A DNA stretch of 64,000 bases from an uncultured Candidatus Saccharibacteria bacterium. Lineage in GTDB: Bacteria; Patescibacteriota; Minisyncoccia; Phycocordibacterales; Zambryskibacteraceae. The position numbers and the translations under genes were made by a program. How positions within the stretch are numbered: position 1 is the first letter of the stretch; the number at the start of each line of letters is the position of its first letter. Positions 34,811 through 44,852 of this stretch are shown here, one piece after another. Below the pieces are notes generated by a model. The model was not told where the DNA came from. It made no database searches and was given only the letters and a program-made list of their open reading frames with translations. The stretch lies in contig CAYFZH010000001.1 in NCBI GenBank assembly GCA_964347785.1, positions 35,589-99,588 on the forward strand, written 5' to 3'.

Positions 34811-36709
34811 ATGGCAAAAATAATCGGCATTGATCTAGGTACAACTTTCTCAGCAGTGGCTGTGATGGAGGCAGGTGCGCCCAAGATTCTCGAGAACGCC
34901 GAAGGCGTCCGCACCACTCCGTCTATTGTTGCTGTGTCTAAGACTGGTGAGCGTCTCGTCGGTCTCCTCGCCAAGCGTCAGGCTGTGACGAACCCGAAGA
35001 ACACCGTCTTCGGTATCAAGCGCTTCATCGGACACACCTTCTCTGACCCTGCAGTACAGAAGGACAAGACCACTGTGCCTTATGAGGTCAAGGAGGGTGC
35101 GGGTGGTGGAGTCGTAGTGCAGATGTCTGACAAGGACTTCCGCCCAGAAGAGATCTCCGCTCAGATTCTCCAGAAGCTAAAGAGCGATGCAGAAGCCAAG
35201 CTTGGAGAGAAGGTGACTCAAGCGATCATCACTGTGCCAGCTTACTTCAACGACTCACAGAGACAGGCGACCAAGGATGCTGGTCAGATCGCTGGACTCG
35301 ATGTCTTGCGTATCATCAACGAACCTACAGCTGCAGCTCTCGCATATGGATTTAATAAAAAGAAGAATGAGAAGATAGCCGTCTTCGACTTCGGTGGAGG
35401 GACCTTCGACGTCTCGATACTTGAAGTGGGTGACGACGTCGTCGAGGTGAAGAGTACAGACGGAGACTCACATCTCGGAGGCAAGGATATCGACCAGAAG
35501 ATACTGAACTTCATCGCAGAGGAGTTCAAGAAGGAGTCTGGTATCGACGTGCGTTCAGACGCTCTCGCTCTCCAGAGACTAGACGAAGCTGCCGAGAAGG
35601 CGAAGATCGAACTCTCGACCGCTACAGAGACCGAGATCAATATCCCGTTCATCACTTCTGACGCTTCTGGACCTCGCCACCTCCTGATGAAGATGACTCG
35701 TGCCAAGCTCGAGGAGCTCTCGAGAGAATTCGTCGACCGCGCTATGGAGATCACCAAGAGAGCGGTAGAAGCCTCACCCTTCAAGGTCTCTGAGATAGAC
35801 GAAGTGATCCTCGTCGGTGGTCAGACTCGTATGCCTGCCATCGCAGAGGCAGCCAAGAACTTCTTCGGCAAGGAACCGAACAAGAGTATCAACCCAGACG
35901 AGGTGGTCGCTCTCGGTGCCGCTATCCAAGGAGGTATTCTCGCTGGTGATGTGAAGGACGTGCTTCTCCTAGACGTCATCCCACTTTCTCTCGGTATCGA
36001 GACTATGGGTGGTGTGGCTACCAAGCTTATAGAGAAGAACACCACCATCCCTTCTGCTAAGTCGCAGGTCTTCTCTACCGCAGCAGACAACCAGACCTCG
36101 GTCGAGATCCACATCGTCCAAGGTGAGCGTGCCATGGCTTCTGACAACAAGTCTCTGGGCAAGTTTATCCTCGACGGGATCCCACCATCTCCTCGTGGTA
36201 TGCCACAGGTCGAGGTGACCTTCGACATAGATGCGAACGGTATCCTCAATGTGAAGGCGAAGGACAAGACTTCTGGCAAGGAACAGTCTATCCGCATCGA
36301 AGCAAGCTCCGGTCTCTCGAAGGAGGAGATAGAGAAGATGCAGAAGGATGCAGAGGCAAACGCTGTCGAAGATGAGAAGAAGAAGTCTCTCATCGATGCC
36401 AAGAACACTGCAGAGCAACTCATCTATACAGCAGAGAAGGCGCTCAAAGATGCTCCAACAGTTCCAGAAGATATAAAAACTGGTGTGACAAGTAAGATCG
36501 AATCTCTGAAGAAAGAGAAGGACGGTGGCACTCTTGAGACTATCAAGACTGCGACAGAAGGTCTCTCGACCGAACTCTCGAAGATTGGAGAGTGGATGTC
36601 TAAGAATTCACAACAGACAAATGACAACTCACAACAGACGACCAATCCAGATGTGAAGGATGCAGAGGTGAAAGAAGAGAAGAAAGACGAAGGTACACCT
36701 AATGCCTAA
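34811..36709 (+). CDS. dnaK: Chaperone DnaK (Hsp70)
   Basis: Hsp70 signatures ([27 protein letters not shown]). 632 aa. Confidence 0.97.
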   Translation: MAKIIGIDLGTTFSAVAVMEAGAPKILENAEGVRTTPSIVAVSKTGERLVGLLAKRQAVTNPKNTVFGIKRFIGHTFSDPAVQKDKTTVPYEVKEGAGGGVVVQMSDKDFRPEEISAQILQKLKSDAEAKLGEKVTQAIITVPAYFNDSQRQATKDAGQIAGLDVLRIINEPTAAALAYGFNKKKNEKIAVFDFGGGTFDVSILEVGDDVVEVKSTDGDSHLGGKDIDQKILNFIAEEFKKESGIDVRSDALALQRLDEAAEKAKIELSTATETEINIPFITSDASGPRHLLMKMTRAKLEELSREFVDRAMEITKRAVEASPFKVSEIDEVILVGGQTRMPAIAEAAKNFFGKEPNKSINPDEVVALGAAIQGGILAGDVKDVLLLDVIPLSLGIETMGGVATKLIEKNTTIPSAKSQVFSTAADNQTSVEIHIVQGERAMASDNKSLGKFILDGIPPSPRGMPQVEVTFDIDANGILNVKAKDKTSGKEQSIRIEASSGLSKEEIEKMQKDAEANAVEDEKKKSLIDAKNTAEQLIYTAEKALKDAPTVPEDIKTGVTSKIESLKKEKDGGTLETIKTATEGLSTELSKIGEWMSKNSQQTNDNSQQTTNPDVKDAEVKEEKKDEGTPNA

Positions 36710-37565
36710 AGATTACTACAAGATTCTTGGTGTAGAGAAAGGCGCTTCCGAAGACGAGATCAAGAAGGCTTTTCGTAAGCTTGCTCACGCTTACCACCCG
36801 GACAAGAGTGGTGGAGATGAGGCGAAGTTCAAGGAAGCTTCCGAGGCTTACTCTGTCCTCTCGGACAAGAAGAAGAGACAGCAGTACGATACTTACGGTT
36901 CTGCCGGAGCGGGAATGGGCGGAGGGTTCCAAGGAGGATTTAATCCAAACGACTTCGGGTTCGACTTCTCTGGATTCGGTACACAAGGTTTCGACTCTGG
37001 AGATTTGAACGACATCCTCTCATCTATCTTCGGCGGACGTCGTGTGCGTCGTGGGAGAGATGTAGCGGTAGATATCGAACTTTCTTTCCAAGACTCAATC
37101 TTCGGCACAGAGAGGAAGGTGGTGATCAATTCTAAATTTGTGAAGCAGAAGGAAGTCTCTATCTCTGTCCCTGCTGGGATAGATGACGGTCAGATGATCC
37201 GTCTCACAGGTATGGGCGAGACCCTCGAGGGAGGAGTCCCGGGAGATCTTTATGTGAAGGTCCACGTCAGGAAGCATCCTTATCTTAGGAAGGAAGGCTA
37301 CAATCTGGTGATGGACTTGTCTCTCAAGCTCACCGAAGCACTTCTCGGTAGTGAGAGACCTATCGCCACTCTAGAAGGAGAGATTACTCTCAAGGTGCCC
37401 GCTGGTACCAAGCACGGCACCATACTGAGGGTGAAGGGTAAGGGTGTGCCCATGAGTAAGGACAAGAAGGGTGATCTCTATGTACGTACCCTGATAAATT
37501 TCCCAGAAAAACTTTCCAAAGAAGAGAAGAAGGTGGTAGAAGAACTTAAGAAACTTGGTCTCTAA
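36702..37565 (+). CDS. dnaJ: DnaJ-class co-chaperone without a zinc-finger domain (CbpA/type II-like)
   Basis: J-domain with HPD, a G/F-rich linker and C-terminal substrate-binding domains, but no CxxCxGxG repeats. 8-nt overlap with dnaK. Confidence 0.85.
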   Translation: MPKDYYKILGVEKGASEDEIKKAFRKLAHAYHPDKSGGDEAKFKEASEAYSVLSDKKKRQQYDTYGSAGAGMGGGFQGGFNPNDFGFDFSGFGTQGFDSGDLNDILSSIFGGRRVRRGRDVAVDIELSFQDSIFGTERKVVINSKFVKQKEVSISVPAGIDDGQMIRLTGMGETLEGGVPGDLYVKVHVRKHPYLRKEGYNLVMDLSLKLTEALLGSERPIATLEGEITLKVPAGTKHGTILRVKGKGVPMSKDKKGDLYVRTLINFPEKLSKEEKKVVEELKKLGL

Positions 37566-37573
37566 TCTAACTT

Positions 37574-39334
37574 ATGTCAAAAATTCAAAATTCTTGGAAC
37601 CTCAAACTCTTCTACAAGAGCGACACCGACCCAGAGATAGAGCAGGATATGCAGGCGATAGAGGAAGCCTGTCTTAAGTTTGAGAAGAAGTATCGGGGCA
37701 AGGACTTCACCTCTTCGGTCGACAAACTTCTTAAGGCTCTCAAGGATTCTGAGAATCTGGACAAGATCTTCAAGGGATACAAACCTCTGGTCTACTTCAA
37801 CTACAAGAGAGATTTGAATTCCAAGGATTCTGCTGTAGTAGCCAAGGCAACGCAACTAGAAGTCCGCCTGACGAGAGCTGGTAATAGACTCACCTTCTTC
37901 TCTCTTGAGCTCGGTAAGATTCCGAGTAAGTTGCAGAAGCAGTTTCTCAAAGATGCGAGACTTGCTTCGTATCATTATCTTCTGAAAACTATTTTCGACA
38001 AAGCCAAGTACAACCTCACGGAGAAGGAGGAACAGCTTGCAAGCCTACTTTCTCAACCTGGGTATGGTATGTGGGTAGATGGTCAGGACAAGCTCGCAAG
38101 CTCTCAGATGGTCAAGCACAAGGGTAAGTCTATACCTCTGGCAGAAGCGTCTGGTATCTTGTCGGGAGAGAGTAAGCCCTTGCGCCAAGCTCTGTACAAA
38201 GAGATCACCAAGACCTTGAAGAATATCAGTCACTTCGCCGAGGCGGAGATCAACGCTATCTACAACTTCAAGAAGATTATGGATGAGAGGAGAGGGTTCA
38301 AGCACCCATATAGTGCGACAGTGCTTGGTTATGAGAATGATGAGAAGACGATTGAGGGTCTAGTGGCTCTGGTGACCAAGAGCTTCAAGATTAGTCAGCG
38401 GTTCTACAAGCTCCACGCCAAGCTTCTCAAGGAGAAGAAGATTACTCTCGCAGACAGGGGAGTCTCTATCGGTAAGATTGATAAGAAGTTTGACTTCAGA
38501 GCATCGGTTGAGATTGTGAAGAGAGCCTTCGGCAAGATTGATCCTAAGTATGTGGAAATCTTTGAGAACTTTCTTGAGAATGGGCAGCTCGACGTCTTCC
38601 CCAAGAAGGGTAAGACCGGCGGAGCCTACTGTTCGCACGGAGGAGACAACCCTACTTTTGTCTTACTAAACCATACCGACAACATCCGTTCGGTCGAGAC
38701 TATTGCTCACGAGATGGGGCATGCCTTCCACAGTGAGTTTAGTAAGACTCAGCCTCACCACTACAGAGAGTATTCTACTGCGACAGCCGAAGTGGCTAGT
38801 ACTTTCTTCGAACAAGTGACTCTCGCAGAGATGGAGAAGGAGCTCGACAAGAAGGAGTACGCTATCCTCCTCCACAACAAGATTATGGGAGACGTCTCAA
38901 CCATCTTTAGACAAGTGGCGTGCTTCAACTTCGAGCTTGAGTTGCATCAGAGGATTAGACAAGAGGGTCAGCTCTCGGGCGAGGAGATGGCGAAGCTTAT
39001 GAGCAAGCACCTCCGCTCGTATCTCGGTGACTCAGTAGAGGTGACAGATGATGACGGTTACTTCTTCGTCTATTGGTCGCATATCCGTAGGTTTTTCTAC
39101 GTCTACTCATATGCATACGGGCAGATAATTAGCCGAGCTCTCTTCGAGAAGTGGAGCGAGGACAAGAGTTATGCGAAGAAGATTGAGCAGTTCCTACACG
39201 CTGGAGGCTCGATGAGTCCCAAGGACATCTTCAAATCTATCGGCATCAACACCTCTGACCCCAATTTTTTCCTCACTGGTCTTAAGGGGATAGAGAAGGA
39301 TATCAAGAAGCTAGAAAGGCTGACGGCAAAATAG
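37574..39334 (+). CDS. pepF: Oligoendopeptidase F (M3B family)
   Basis: HEMGHAFH zinc motif in an M3-like fold. 586 aa. Confidence 0.8.
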   Translation: MSKIQNSWNLKLFYKSDTDPEIEQDMQAIEEACLKFEKKYRGKDFTSSVDKLLKALKDSENLDKIFKGYKPLVYFNYKRDLNSKDSAVVAKATQLEVRLTRAGNRLTFFSLELGKIPSKLQKQFLKDARLASYHYLLKTIFDKAKYNLTEKEEQLASLLSQPGYGMWVDGQDKLASSQMVKHKGKSIPLAEASGILSGESKPLRQALYKEITKTLKNISHFAEAEINAIYNFKKIMDERRGFKHPYSATVLGYENDEKTIEGLVALVTKSFKISQRFYKLHAKLLKEKKITLADRGVSIGKIDKKFDFRASVEIVKRAFGKIDPKYVEIFENFLENGQLDVFPKKGKTGGAYCSHGGDNPTFVLLNHTDNIRSVETIAHEMGHAFHSEFSKTQPHHYREYSTATAEVASTFFEQVTLAEMEKELDKKEYAILLHNKIMGDVSTIFRQVACFNFELELHQRIRQEGQLSGEEMAKLMSKHLRSYLGDSVEVTDDDGYFFVYWSHIRRFFYVYSYAYGQIISRALFEKWSEDKSYAKKIEQFLHAGGSMSPKDIFKSIGINTSDPNFFLTGLKGIEKDIKKLERLTAK

Positions 39335-39392
39335 GTTTCCACACGTTTCTCCTTGAAATAAGCCATATAAATGGTACTGTATTCACTTGTCT

Positions 39393-41174
39393 ATGGAAAA
39401 AGTTACGCACAAGATTGGTGTTCTAGATGTTTTCAAGGCTTATTGGCAAGGAGCTAAGCATCAGAAGGGGGCAGTGTTCTTCACCGTCTTCGCTTGGACG
39501 GTGGCGAATACTCTCCTCATATCTATACCGTTATTTTATAAACGGTTTTTCGACATACTCACTCTAAATGAAGTAAACCACAGTGTGGTCGTATCTCTGG
39601 TGCGGATTATCTTGATAATCTTGGGTATTAACTTAGTAGTGATGGCACTTCTTCGAGTCGGCTTTGTATTTCTCAATAGTCTTGAATCTAGGACTATGTC
39701 TCGTCTCAAACAAATGTCCTTCGACTATATGATCAATCACTCTTATACCTTCTTTACCAACAACTTCACTGGCTCACTCGTCCAGAGAGTTAGTCGCTTC
39801 AGTCGTTCTTTCGAAAGGATTTATGACACGCTCGTCTTCCAGATCATCCCTCTTGCTGTGACTATCGTGGGATCCCTGGTGGTTATCTGGCTCAACAAAC
39901 CTCTCATCGCTGTTGTGATGCTGGCTTGGCTTGTGGTCGTGATGACCTTTAATTTCTTCTTCTCTCGCTGGAAACTTAAGTACGATATCGCTTCTGCCAA
40001 GGCAGATTCTCATACCACAGCAGTTCTTGCAGATGACGTGACCAACCAAAATGCGATAGTACTCTTCAATAACTTTAATCAAGAGGCAGAGATTTTTAGA
40101 AAGACGACCGACGAACAAGCGGCTGCACAGAGACTGACTTGGAACTTGTCTTCCATTGCTGATGGTGTTCAGATCTTCTGTATGGTGGTGGTAGAGTTTG
40201 TCATCTTCTACTACGCACTCAAGTACTGGGAGGTGGGTAGTATTACTATCGGCACCTTTGTCCTTATCCAGAGCTACATCATCGGACTCTCTAACAAGTT
40301 GTGGGACTTCGGACGGATTATCAGAAACTTACATGAAGCTCTTGCTGACTCTAAGGAGATGCTTGAGATACTCAAACTACCTCATGAGATCAAGAACCTT
40401 CCTAATGCTAAGGATCTTGAGGTGAGTGAGGGTGGTATCCAGTTCGATAAGGTTCAGTTCAACTTCAATGAGACGAGAGCTGTGCTCCAAGACTTCAACC
40501 TTAGTATCAAGGGTGGAGAGAAGGTGGCGCTCATCGGTCCTTCTGGTGCCGGCAAGTCAACTATCATCAAGACTCTACTTCGTATGTACGACTTAACTGG
40601 TGGAGCGATCCTCATAGACGGTCAGGATATCAAACGCGTCACTCAAGAGAGTTTGCGACAGAATGTGAGTCTGGTCCCACAGGATCCAGTGCTATTCCAC
40701 AGGAGTCTGATGGAGAACATCCGCTACGGTAGGACATCGGCTACAGATGAGGAAGTATACAGAGCTGCCAAGCTCGCACATTGTGATGACTTTATCGACT
40801 CACTACCTCTCAAGTATGAGACTCTGGTAGGTGAGAGGGGGATCAAGCTCTCGGGTGGCGAGAGACAGCGTATCGCTATCGCTCGCGCGATACTCAAGAA
40901 CGCTCCTATACTCGTACTCGACGAGGCGACATCAAGTCTTGACTCACATTCTGAGTCGCTTATCCAAGATGCCTTGGAAGTACTTATGAAAGGGAAGACC
41001 AGTATCGTTATCGCCCACAGGCTCTCGACTATCAGGAAGATGGATAGGATAGTGGTGATAGAAGACGGTAAGGTGGTTGAGGATGGTGACCACGAGTCTC
41101 TTCTCAAGAAGACTGATGGTCTCTACAACAAACTTTGGACTCTTCAGGCAGGCGGGTTTATCCAAGGAGAATAA
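39393..41174 (+). CDS. ABC transporter, fused permease-ATPase (type I exporter, MsbA-like)
   Basis: 6-TM domain followed by Walker A GPSGAGKST, LSGGERQR and Walker B ILVLDEATS. The ORF-track TTG at 39387 is probably an upstream extension. Confidence 0.85.
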   Translation: MEKVTHKIGVLDVFKAYWQGAKHQKGAVFFTVFAWTVANTLLISIPLFYKRFFDILTLNEVNHSVVVSLVRIILIILGINLVVMALLRVGFVFLNSLESRTMSRLKQMSFDYMINHSYTFFTNNFTGSLVQRVSRFSRSFERIYDTLVFQIIPLAVTIVGSLVVIWLNKPLIAVVMLAWLVVVMTFNFFFSRWKLKYDIASAKADSHTTAVLADDVTNQNAIVLFNNFNQEAEIFRKTTDEQAAAQRLTWNLSSIADGVQIFCMVVVEFVIFYYALKYWEVGSITIGTFVLIQSYIIGLSNKLWDFGRIIRNLHEALADSKEMLEILKLPHEIKNLPNAKDLEVSEGGIQFDKVQFNFNETRAVLQDFNLSIKGGEKVALIGPSGAGKSTIIKTLLRMYDLTGGAILIDGQDIKRVTQESLRQNVSLVPQDPVLFHRSLMENIRYGRTSATDEEVYRAAKLAHCDDFIDSLPLKYETLVGERGIKLSGGERQRIAIARAILKNAPILVLDEATSSLDSHSESLIQDALEVLMKGKTSIVIAHRLSTIRKMDRIVVIEDGKVVEDGDHESLLKKTDGLYNKLWTLQAGGFIQGE

Positions 41175-41200
41175 ATTTATTTTTGTTATATAATAAGGTC

Positions 41201-41530
41201 ATGTTTTGGCCACTAGTAATATTGGTTGGATTTCTGGGTTCTGGAGCAGATATCGTTCTTCAGGGCTGGAGTAAGAATCTGACTTTGAATTCGTGGTTGG
41301 TGAGTGTCATACCGTATCTAATCTTTATGACCGGACTCGGCTTTGTTATCCGCCTAGGAGAGACTGGCAAGGTACCACTGACTATCGCTGTGCTTCTTGT
41401 GGTGGTGGTCAATGTAGCGGGACTTGCTGTATGGGACAGCTATAAGGGAGCTCCATTCTCCTTGATGCAATGGGCAGGAGTACTTCTTGCCCTAGGGGCT
41501 ATCGCTTGTATTGAGTTTGGACGCGCTTAG
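41201..41530 (+). CDS. Small 4-TM membrane protein (about 110 aa; SMR/DMT-like topology)
   Basis: Four hydrophobic helices. The ATG at 41201 is preferred over the ORF-track start at 41135. Its 3' end overlaps the convergent gene by 4 nt. Confidence 0.45.
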   Translation: MFWPLVILVGFLGSGADIVLQGWSKNLTLNSWLVSVIPYLIFMTGLGFVIRLGETGKVPLTIAVLLVVVVNVAGLAVWDSYKGAPFSLMQWAGVLLALGAIACIEFGRA

Positions 41531-41910
41531 ACTCTAGCGACTACGGTGTGGATGGCGCCTTTTGCCTTCCAGAACTCTTTGCAGAAGTTTAGTGCATCGT
41601 CTGGGTTGAATTCTTTGCAGGAGAAGATGTTGAGGTAGACGGCGTTCTTCATAGGGATGGGGTGGCAGACTATAGTACTTGTCTCGATAAATTGGACCGC
41701 GGAGATGCCGTGGAGATGAGGGATACCAGAATAGTCTTCCCAGTATATAGGGTCGCCGTGCCGGGTCATCTTTATGAGGTCGCACAGCTCTACCAAGAAC
41801 TTGCCCAACTTCTCTTTGCTCAGATCTCCAAGTTCGCATTCGTGGAGGTCTGCTACTAGCTCGAGACCGTAGCCTCCTTTGTATCCAAATTCTTGATTTG
41901 CTTCTGACAT
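41527..41910 (-). CDS. S-adenosylmethionine decarboxylase proenzyme-like (SpeH/SpeD bacterial small type), with Thr in place of the pyruvoyl-forming Ser
   Basis: Recalled B. subtilis SpeH [27 protein letters not shown] aligns with GISAVQFIETSTIVCHPIPM..NIFSCK here. The ES-H processing site is replaced by ET-S. Confidence 0.6.
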   Translation of the reverse strand: MSEANQEFGYKGGYGLELVADLHECELGDLSKEKLGKFLVELCDLIKMTRHGDPIYWEDYSGIPHLHGISAVQFIETSTIVCHPIPMKNAVYLNIFSCKEFNPDDALNFCKEFWKAKGAIHTVVARV

Positions 41911-41952
41911 TGTTGGTTGCGTTCATTTTACTAACATTCTAAGATAGTATCA

Positions 41953-42756
41953 ATGGCCAAGACCCTCAGTTCCATCTACTTCGTGACCCTCATTGCTTGG
42001 TGTGTGCTTACCTTCCAGACTGGGCATACAGAGCACTCAGCTGGACTCTACCTACAGATCATCCTCTTCCTCGTACCATTTCTGGGAGCGATCTTCGGAC
42101 TGGTGAATGCTCGTGCTTGGGGTGGTCTAAGAAGTGCTGTGGGTAAGGCTGTGACCTTCCTCTCACTCGGCACCCTTACATGGTCTCTAGGGATGTTTGC
42201 TTGGAATTACTACATCTTTGTCGCGATGGTCGAAGTGCCGTATCCTTCGTTTGCTGACATCTTCTTCATCATCAGCTGGCCTTTGTGGGCTCTGGGAGTG
42301 TTCTTCCTCTCCCATGCTACTGGGGTGAAGTTTGCCCTCAGACAGAGCAAGGGTAAGATGCTTGTGGTGGCAGTCCCTCTGATAGCCATCGTTGCCTCGT
42401 ATTACATGCTAGTGGTGGTGGCACGTGGTGGAGCATTAGATCTTGAGGGTGTGAATGGGTGGAAGCTCTTCTTCGACCTCTTCTATCCGATAGGGACAGC
42501 GGTGATCTTGGCGATGGCTCTGACCTTCTTTAGTCTCTCGGCAGAGTTTCTGGGAGGAGTTTATAAGAAGCCGATTATTATTCTCATCTTGGGCTTTCTC
42601 GCAAATTATTTGTCTGACTTTACCTTCTCTCTTACTACTACCAACGAAACTTATTTCAACGGACATTTCGTCGATATCCTTTTCCTCACGGCAATGTACC
42701 TTCTGTCTATTAGCATCTCAGAACTTTCTCCTAGAAAAGAGATCGAGACAAAATAG
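41953..42756 (+). CDS. Polytopic membrane protein (7-8 TM), candidate sensor module of a split histidine kinase
   Basis: Hydrophobicity pattern. It lies in a tight 3-gene array (3-4 nt spacers) ending in a histidine-kinase core. Confidence 0.5.
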   Translation: MAKTLSSIYFVTLIAWCVLTFQTGHTEHSAGLYLQIILFLVPFLGAIFGLVNARAWGGLRSAVGKAVTFLSLGTLTWSLGMFAWNYYIFVAMVEVPYPSFADIFFIISWPLWALGVFFLSHATGVKFALRQSKGKMLVVAVPLIAIVASYYMLVVVARGGALDLEGVNGWKLFFDLFYPIGTAVILAMALTFFSLSAEFLGGVYKKPIIILILGFLANYLSDFTFSLTTTNETYFNGHFVDILFLTAMYLLSISISELSPRKEIETK

Positions 42757-42759
42757 AAT

Positions 42760-43047
42760 ATGAATACTATGGAACAAATAGCCTCAAAGATTATCAAAGA
42801 GCAGGAACTGATCATAGGACCATTGGCTTGGGATAGAGCAGAGAAGGTTGTAGGGCTCCACGTCGTAGACAAGAAGTCTGGAGTGGTATCTATAGACTCT
42901 GGAGTAGATGTGCGTATGGTCATAGATAATTTGGTAAAAGTTTATGAGCACCTCTTCGGTCGAGCTTCACACGAAGTTTGTAGAGAAGTGGCAAGACCTT
43001 TTCTGATCAATCTGACTCCAGCAGAGATACCGATGAGCCTACAGTAA
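42760..43047 (+). CDS. Hypothetical small cytoplasmic protein (95 aa) between the membrane module and the kinase core
   Basis: ORF only, with tight spacing to both neighbours. Confidence 0.45.
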   Translation: MNTMEQIASKIIKEQELIIGPLAWDRAEKVVGLHVVDKKSGVVSIDSGVDVRMVIDNLVKVYEHLFGRASHEVCREVARPFLINLTPAEIPMSLQ

Positions 43048-43051
43048 AGAT

Positions 43052-43873
43052 ATGCCAGAAGATACTCAACCCATTTCTCCAGAGGAGTACAAAAAGGTTA
43101 CCGAAGATCTCTATAAGCAAAATTTGGAAGTGGTTCGACTTTATAAAGAAGTCGAGAAGCTCAATGCGGATCTCCGTGTGGCAAACGAGGGTCAAGCGGA
43201 CCTGCTCCATATCTTGAACCACCAGATCAAGGGTTATCTGACTAAGGCACGCCTCATCTTCGACGATCTCTTGGAAGATACGAGTTATGGTCTCTCGGAG
43301 AAGGCGAAGCCTATGGTCAAGCAAGGGTTCGACTCGGTGACTGAGGGGGTCAACTTCGTACAAGATTTCCTAAATGCTTCAAACATCGAGAAAGGGACAT
43401 TTACTTACAATATGGTGCCAACAGACCTTAGACTTATTGTCTCTGAGGAAGCCGAGGGTCAGCGGGGAGTAGCGACAGAGAAGGGGTTGTCTTTCGACCT
43501 TGAGATTGAGGAGGGTCTCTATAACCTTACTGGCGACACTGCTGAGCTTAGACAGGCGGTAAAGAATCTTATCGACAACTCGATCAGATATACTCCGAAG
43601 GGAAGAGTCAATGTACAATTGACAATGAACAATGGTAAGGCGCAACTCAAGGTGGAAGATACGGGAGTTGGTCTCTCAGAGGAAGTGAAGCCGAAGCTCT
43701 TTACCAAGGGAGGGAGAGACAAGGATAGCCAGAAGATCAATATAAACTCGACCGGCTTCGGCCTCGCCTTCGTGAAGGGCGTGGCAGAGGCTCACAAGGG
43801 GAGAGTCTGGGCTGAGTCCGCTGGGGTGGGTCAGGGTTCTCAGTTCTATATGGAGTTGCCACTCAAATCCTGA
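43052..43873 (+). CDS. Histidine kinase core (coiled coil + DHp H-box + HATPase_c), no TM or sensor domain
   Basis: H-box LLHILNHQIKGYL, N-box LRQAVKNLIDNSIRYT, and G-boxes DTGVGL, GFGLAFV. Confidence 0.75.
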   Translation: MPEDTQPISPEEYKKVTEDLYKQNLEVVRLYKEVEKLNADLRVANEGQADLLHILNHQIKGYLTKARLIFDDLLEDTSYGLSEKAKPMVKQGFDSVTEGVNFVQDFLNASNIEKGTFTYNMVPTDLRLIVSEEAEGQRGVATEKGLSFDLEIEEGLYNLTGDTAELRQAVKNLIDNSIRYTPKGRVNVQLTMNNGKAQLKVEDTGVGLSEEVKPKLFTKGGRDKDSQKININSTGFGLAFVKGVAEAHKGRVWAESAGVGQGSQFYMELPLKS

Positions 43874-43888
43874 TAATATAGGCTCCAT

Positions 43889-44839
43889 ATGGCAAAGAAG
43901 ATTCTCCTCTCCGGTATCCAACCCACAGCTAAGCCTCATATAGGTAACTACTTCGGTGCGATGAGGCAGTTCGTCGATCTCCAGTCAGAGTACGAGAGCT
44001 ACGTCTTCATCGCGGACTTACACGCTCTCACTACTGTCAAAGACAAGAAACAACTCGAGGAGAATACTCTCGGAGTGATCCTCGACTATATGGCGATAGG
44101 ATTGGATCCAAAGAACGTCACACTCTACAAGCAATCCGATGTGCCACAGGTGACAGAACTTGCATGGATATTTAACTGTCTTACTACCGTACCTTATCTA
44201 GAGCGAGCACACGCTTATAAAGACGCTATCGCGAACGGCAAGGAATCAAGTGTGGGACTTTTTACCTACCCGCTTCTCATGGCGGCAGATATCCTCATCC
44301 AAGATGCAGACGTAGTCCCTGTTGGACAGGATCAGAAGCAACACGTCGAGATTGCTCGAGACACTGCAGAGAAGTTCAACAACGCCTTCGGCGATGTCTT
44401 CAAGCTTCCTCTGCCTATGATCCCCGCTGAAGTGGCAGTGGTCCCCGGTACAGATGGCAGGAAGATGAGCAAGAGTTACGGTAACACTATCCCACTCTTC
44501 GCTACCGACGAGGAGATAGAGAAGGCCGTGATGAGTATCGTCACAGACTCGGGCTCTGATATCCCGACCAATGTCTACGCTATCCACTCACTCCTCCGAG
44601 ACAAGACCGAGCTCGACTCTCTCTACGCAGAGCACAAGGGTCAGTACAAGAAGTTGAAGGAGCTCCTCATAGAAGATTTGAAGGTGTTTATCAAACCTAT
44701 GAGAGACAGGCGCCAAGCACTCGAAGAGGACAAGGAAGCCGTGCTCGAAGTACTCAAGGCTGGGGGTAAGGTGGCTCGTGAGAGAGCGGAGCAGAAGATG
44801 GAGAAGGTGAGAGAACTTGTCGGTCTTAAACTCTATTAA
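43889..44839 (+). CDS. trpS: Tryptophanyl-tRNA synthetase
   Basis: HIGH-like motif (PHIGNY), KMSKS, and a class Ic fold of 316 aa. Confidence 0.85.
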   Translation: MAKKILLSGIQPTAKPHIGNYFGAMRQFVDLQSEYESYVFIADLHALTTVKDKKQLEENTLGVILDYMAIGLDPKNVTLYKQSDVPQVTELAWIFNCLTTVPYLERAHAYKDAIANGKESSVGLFTYPLLMAADILIQDADVVPVGQDQKQHVEIARDTAEKFNNAFGDVFKLPLPMIPAEVAVVPGTDGRKMSKSYGNTIPLFATDEEIEKAVMSIVTDSGSDIPTNVYAIHSLLRDKTELDSLYAEHKGQYKKLKELLIEDLKVFIKPMRDRRQALEEDKEAVLEVLKAGGKVARERAEQKMEKVRELVGLKLY

Positions 44840-44852
44840 TAAATATTAGTAA

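Noticed and set aside
35284-36423. Minus-strand ORFs of 166 and 200 aa inside dnaK
   Set aside because: They are antisense to a near-universal Hsp70 sequence, with an S/A-rich composition.
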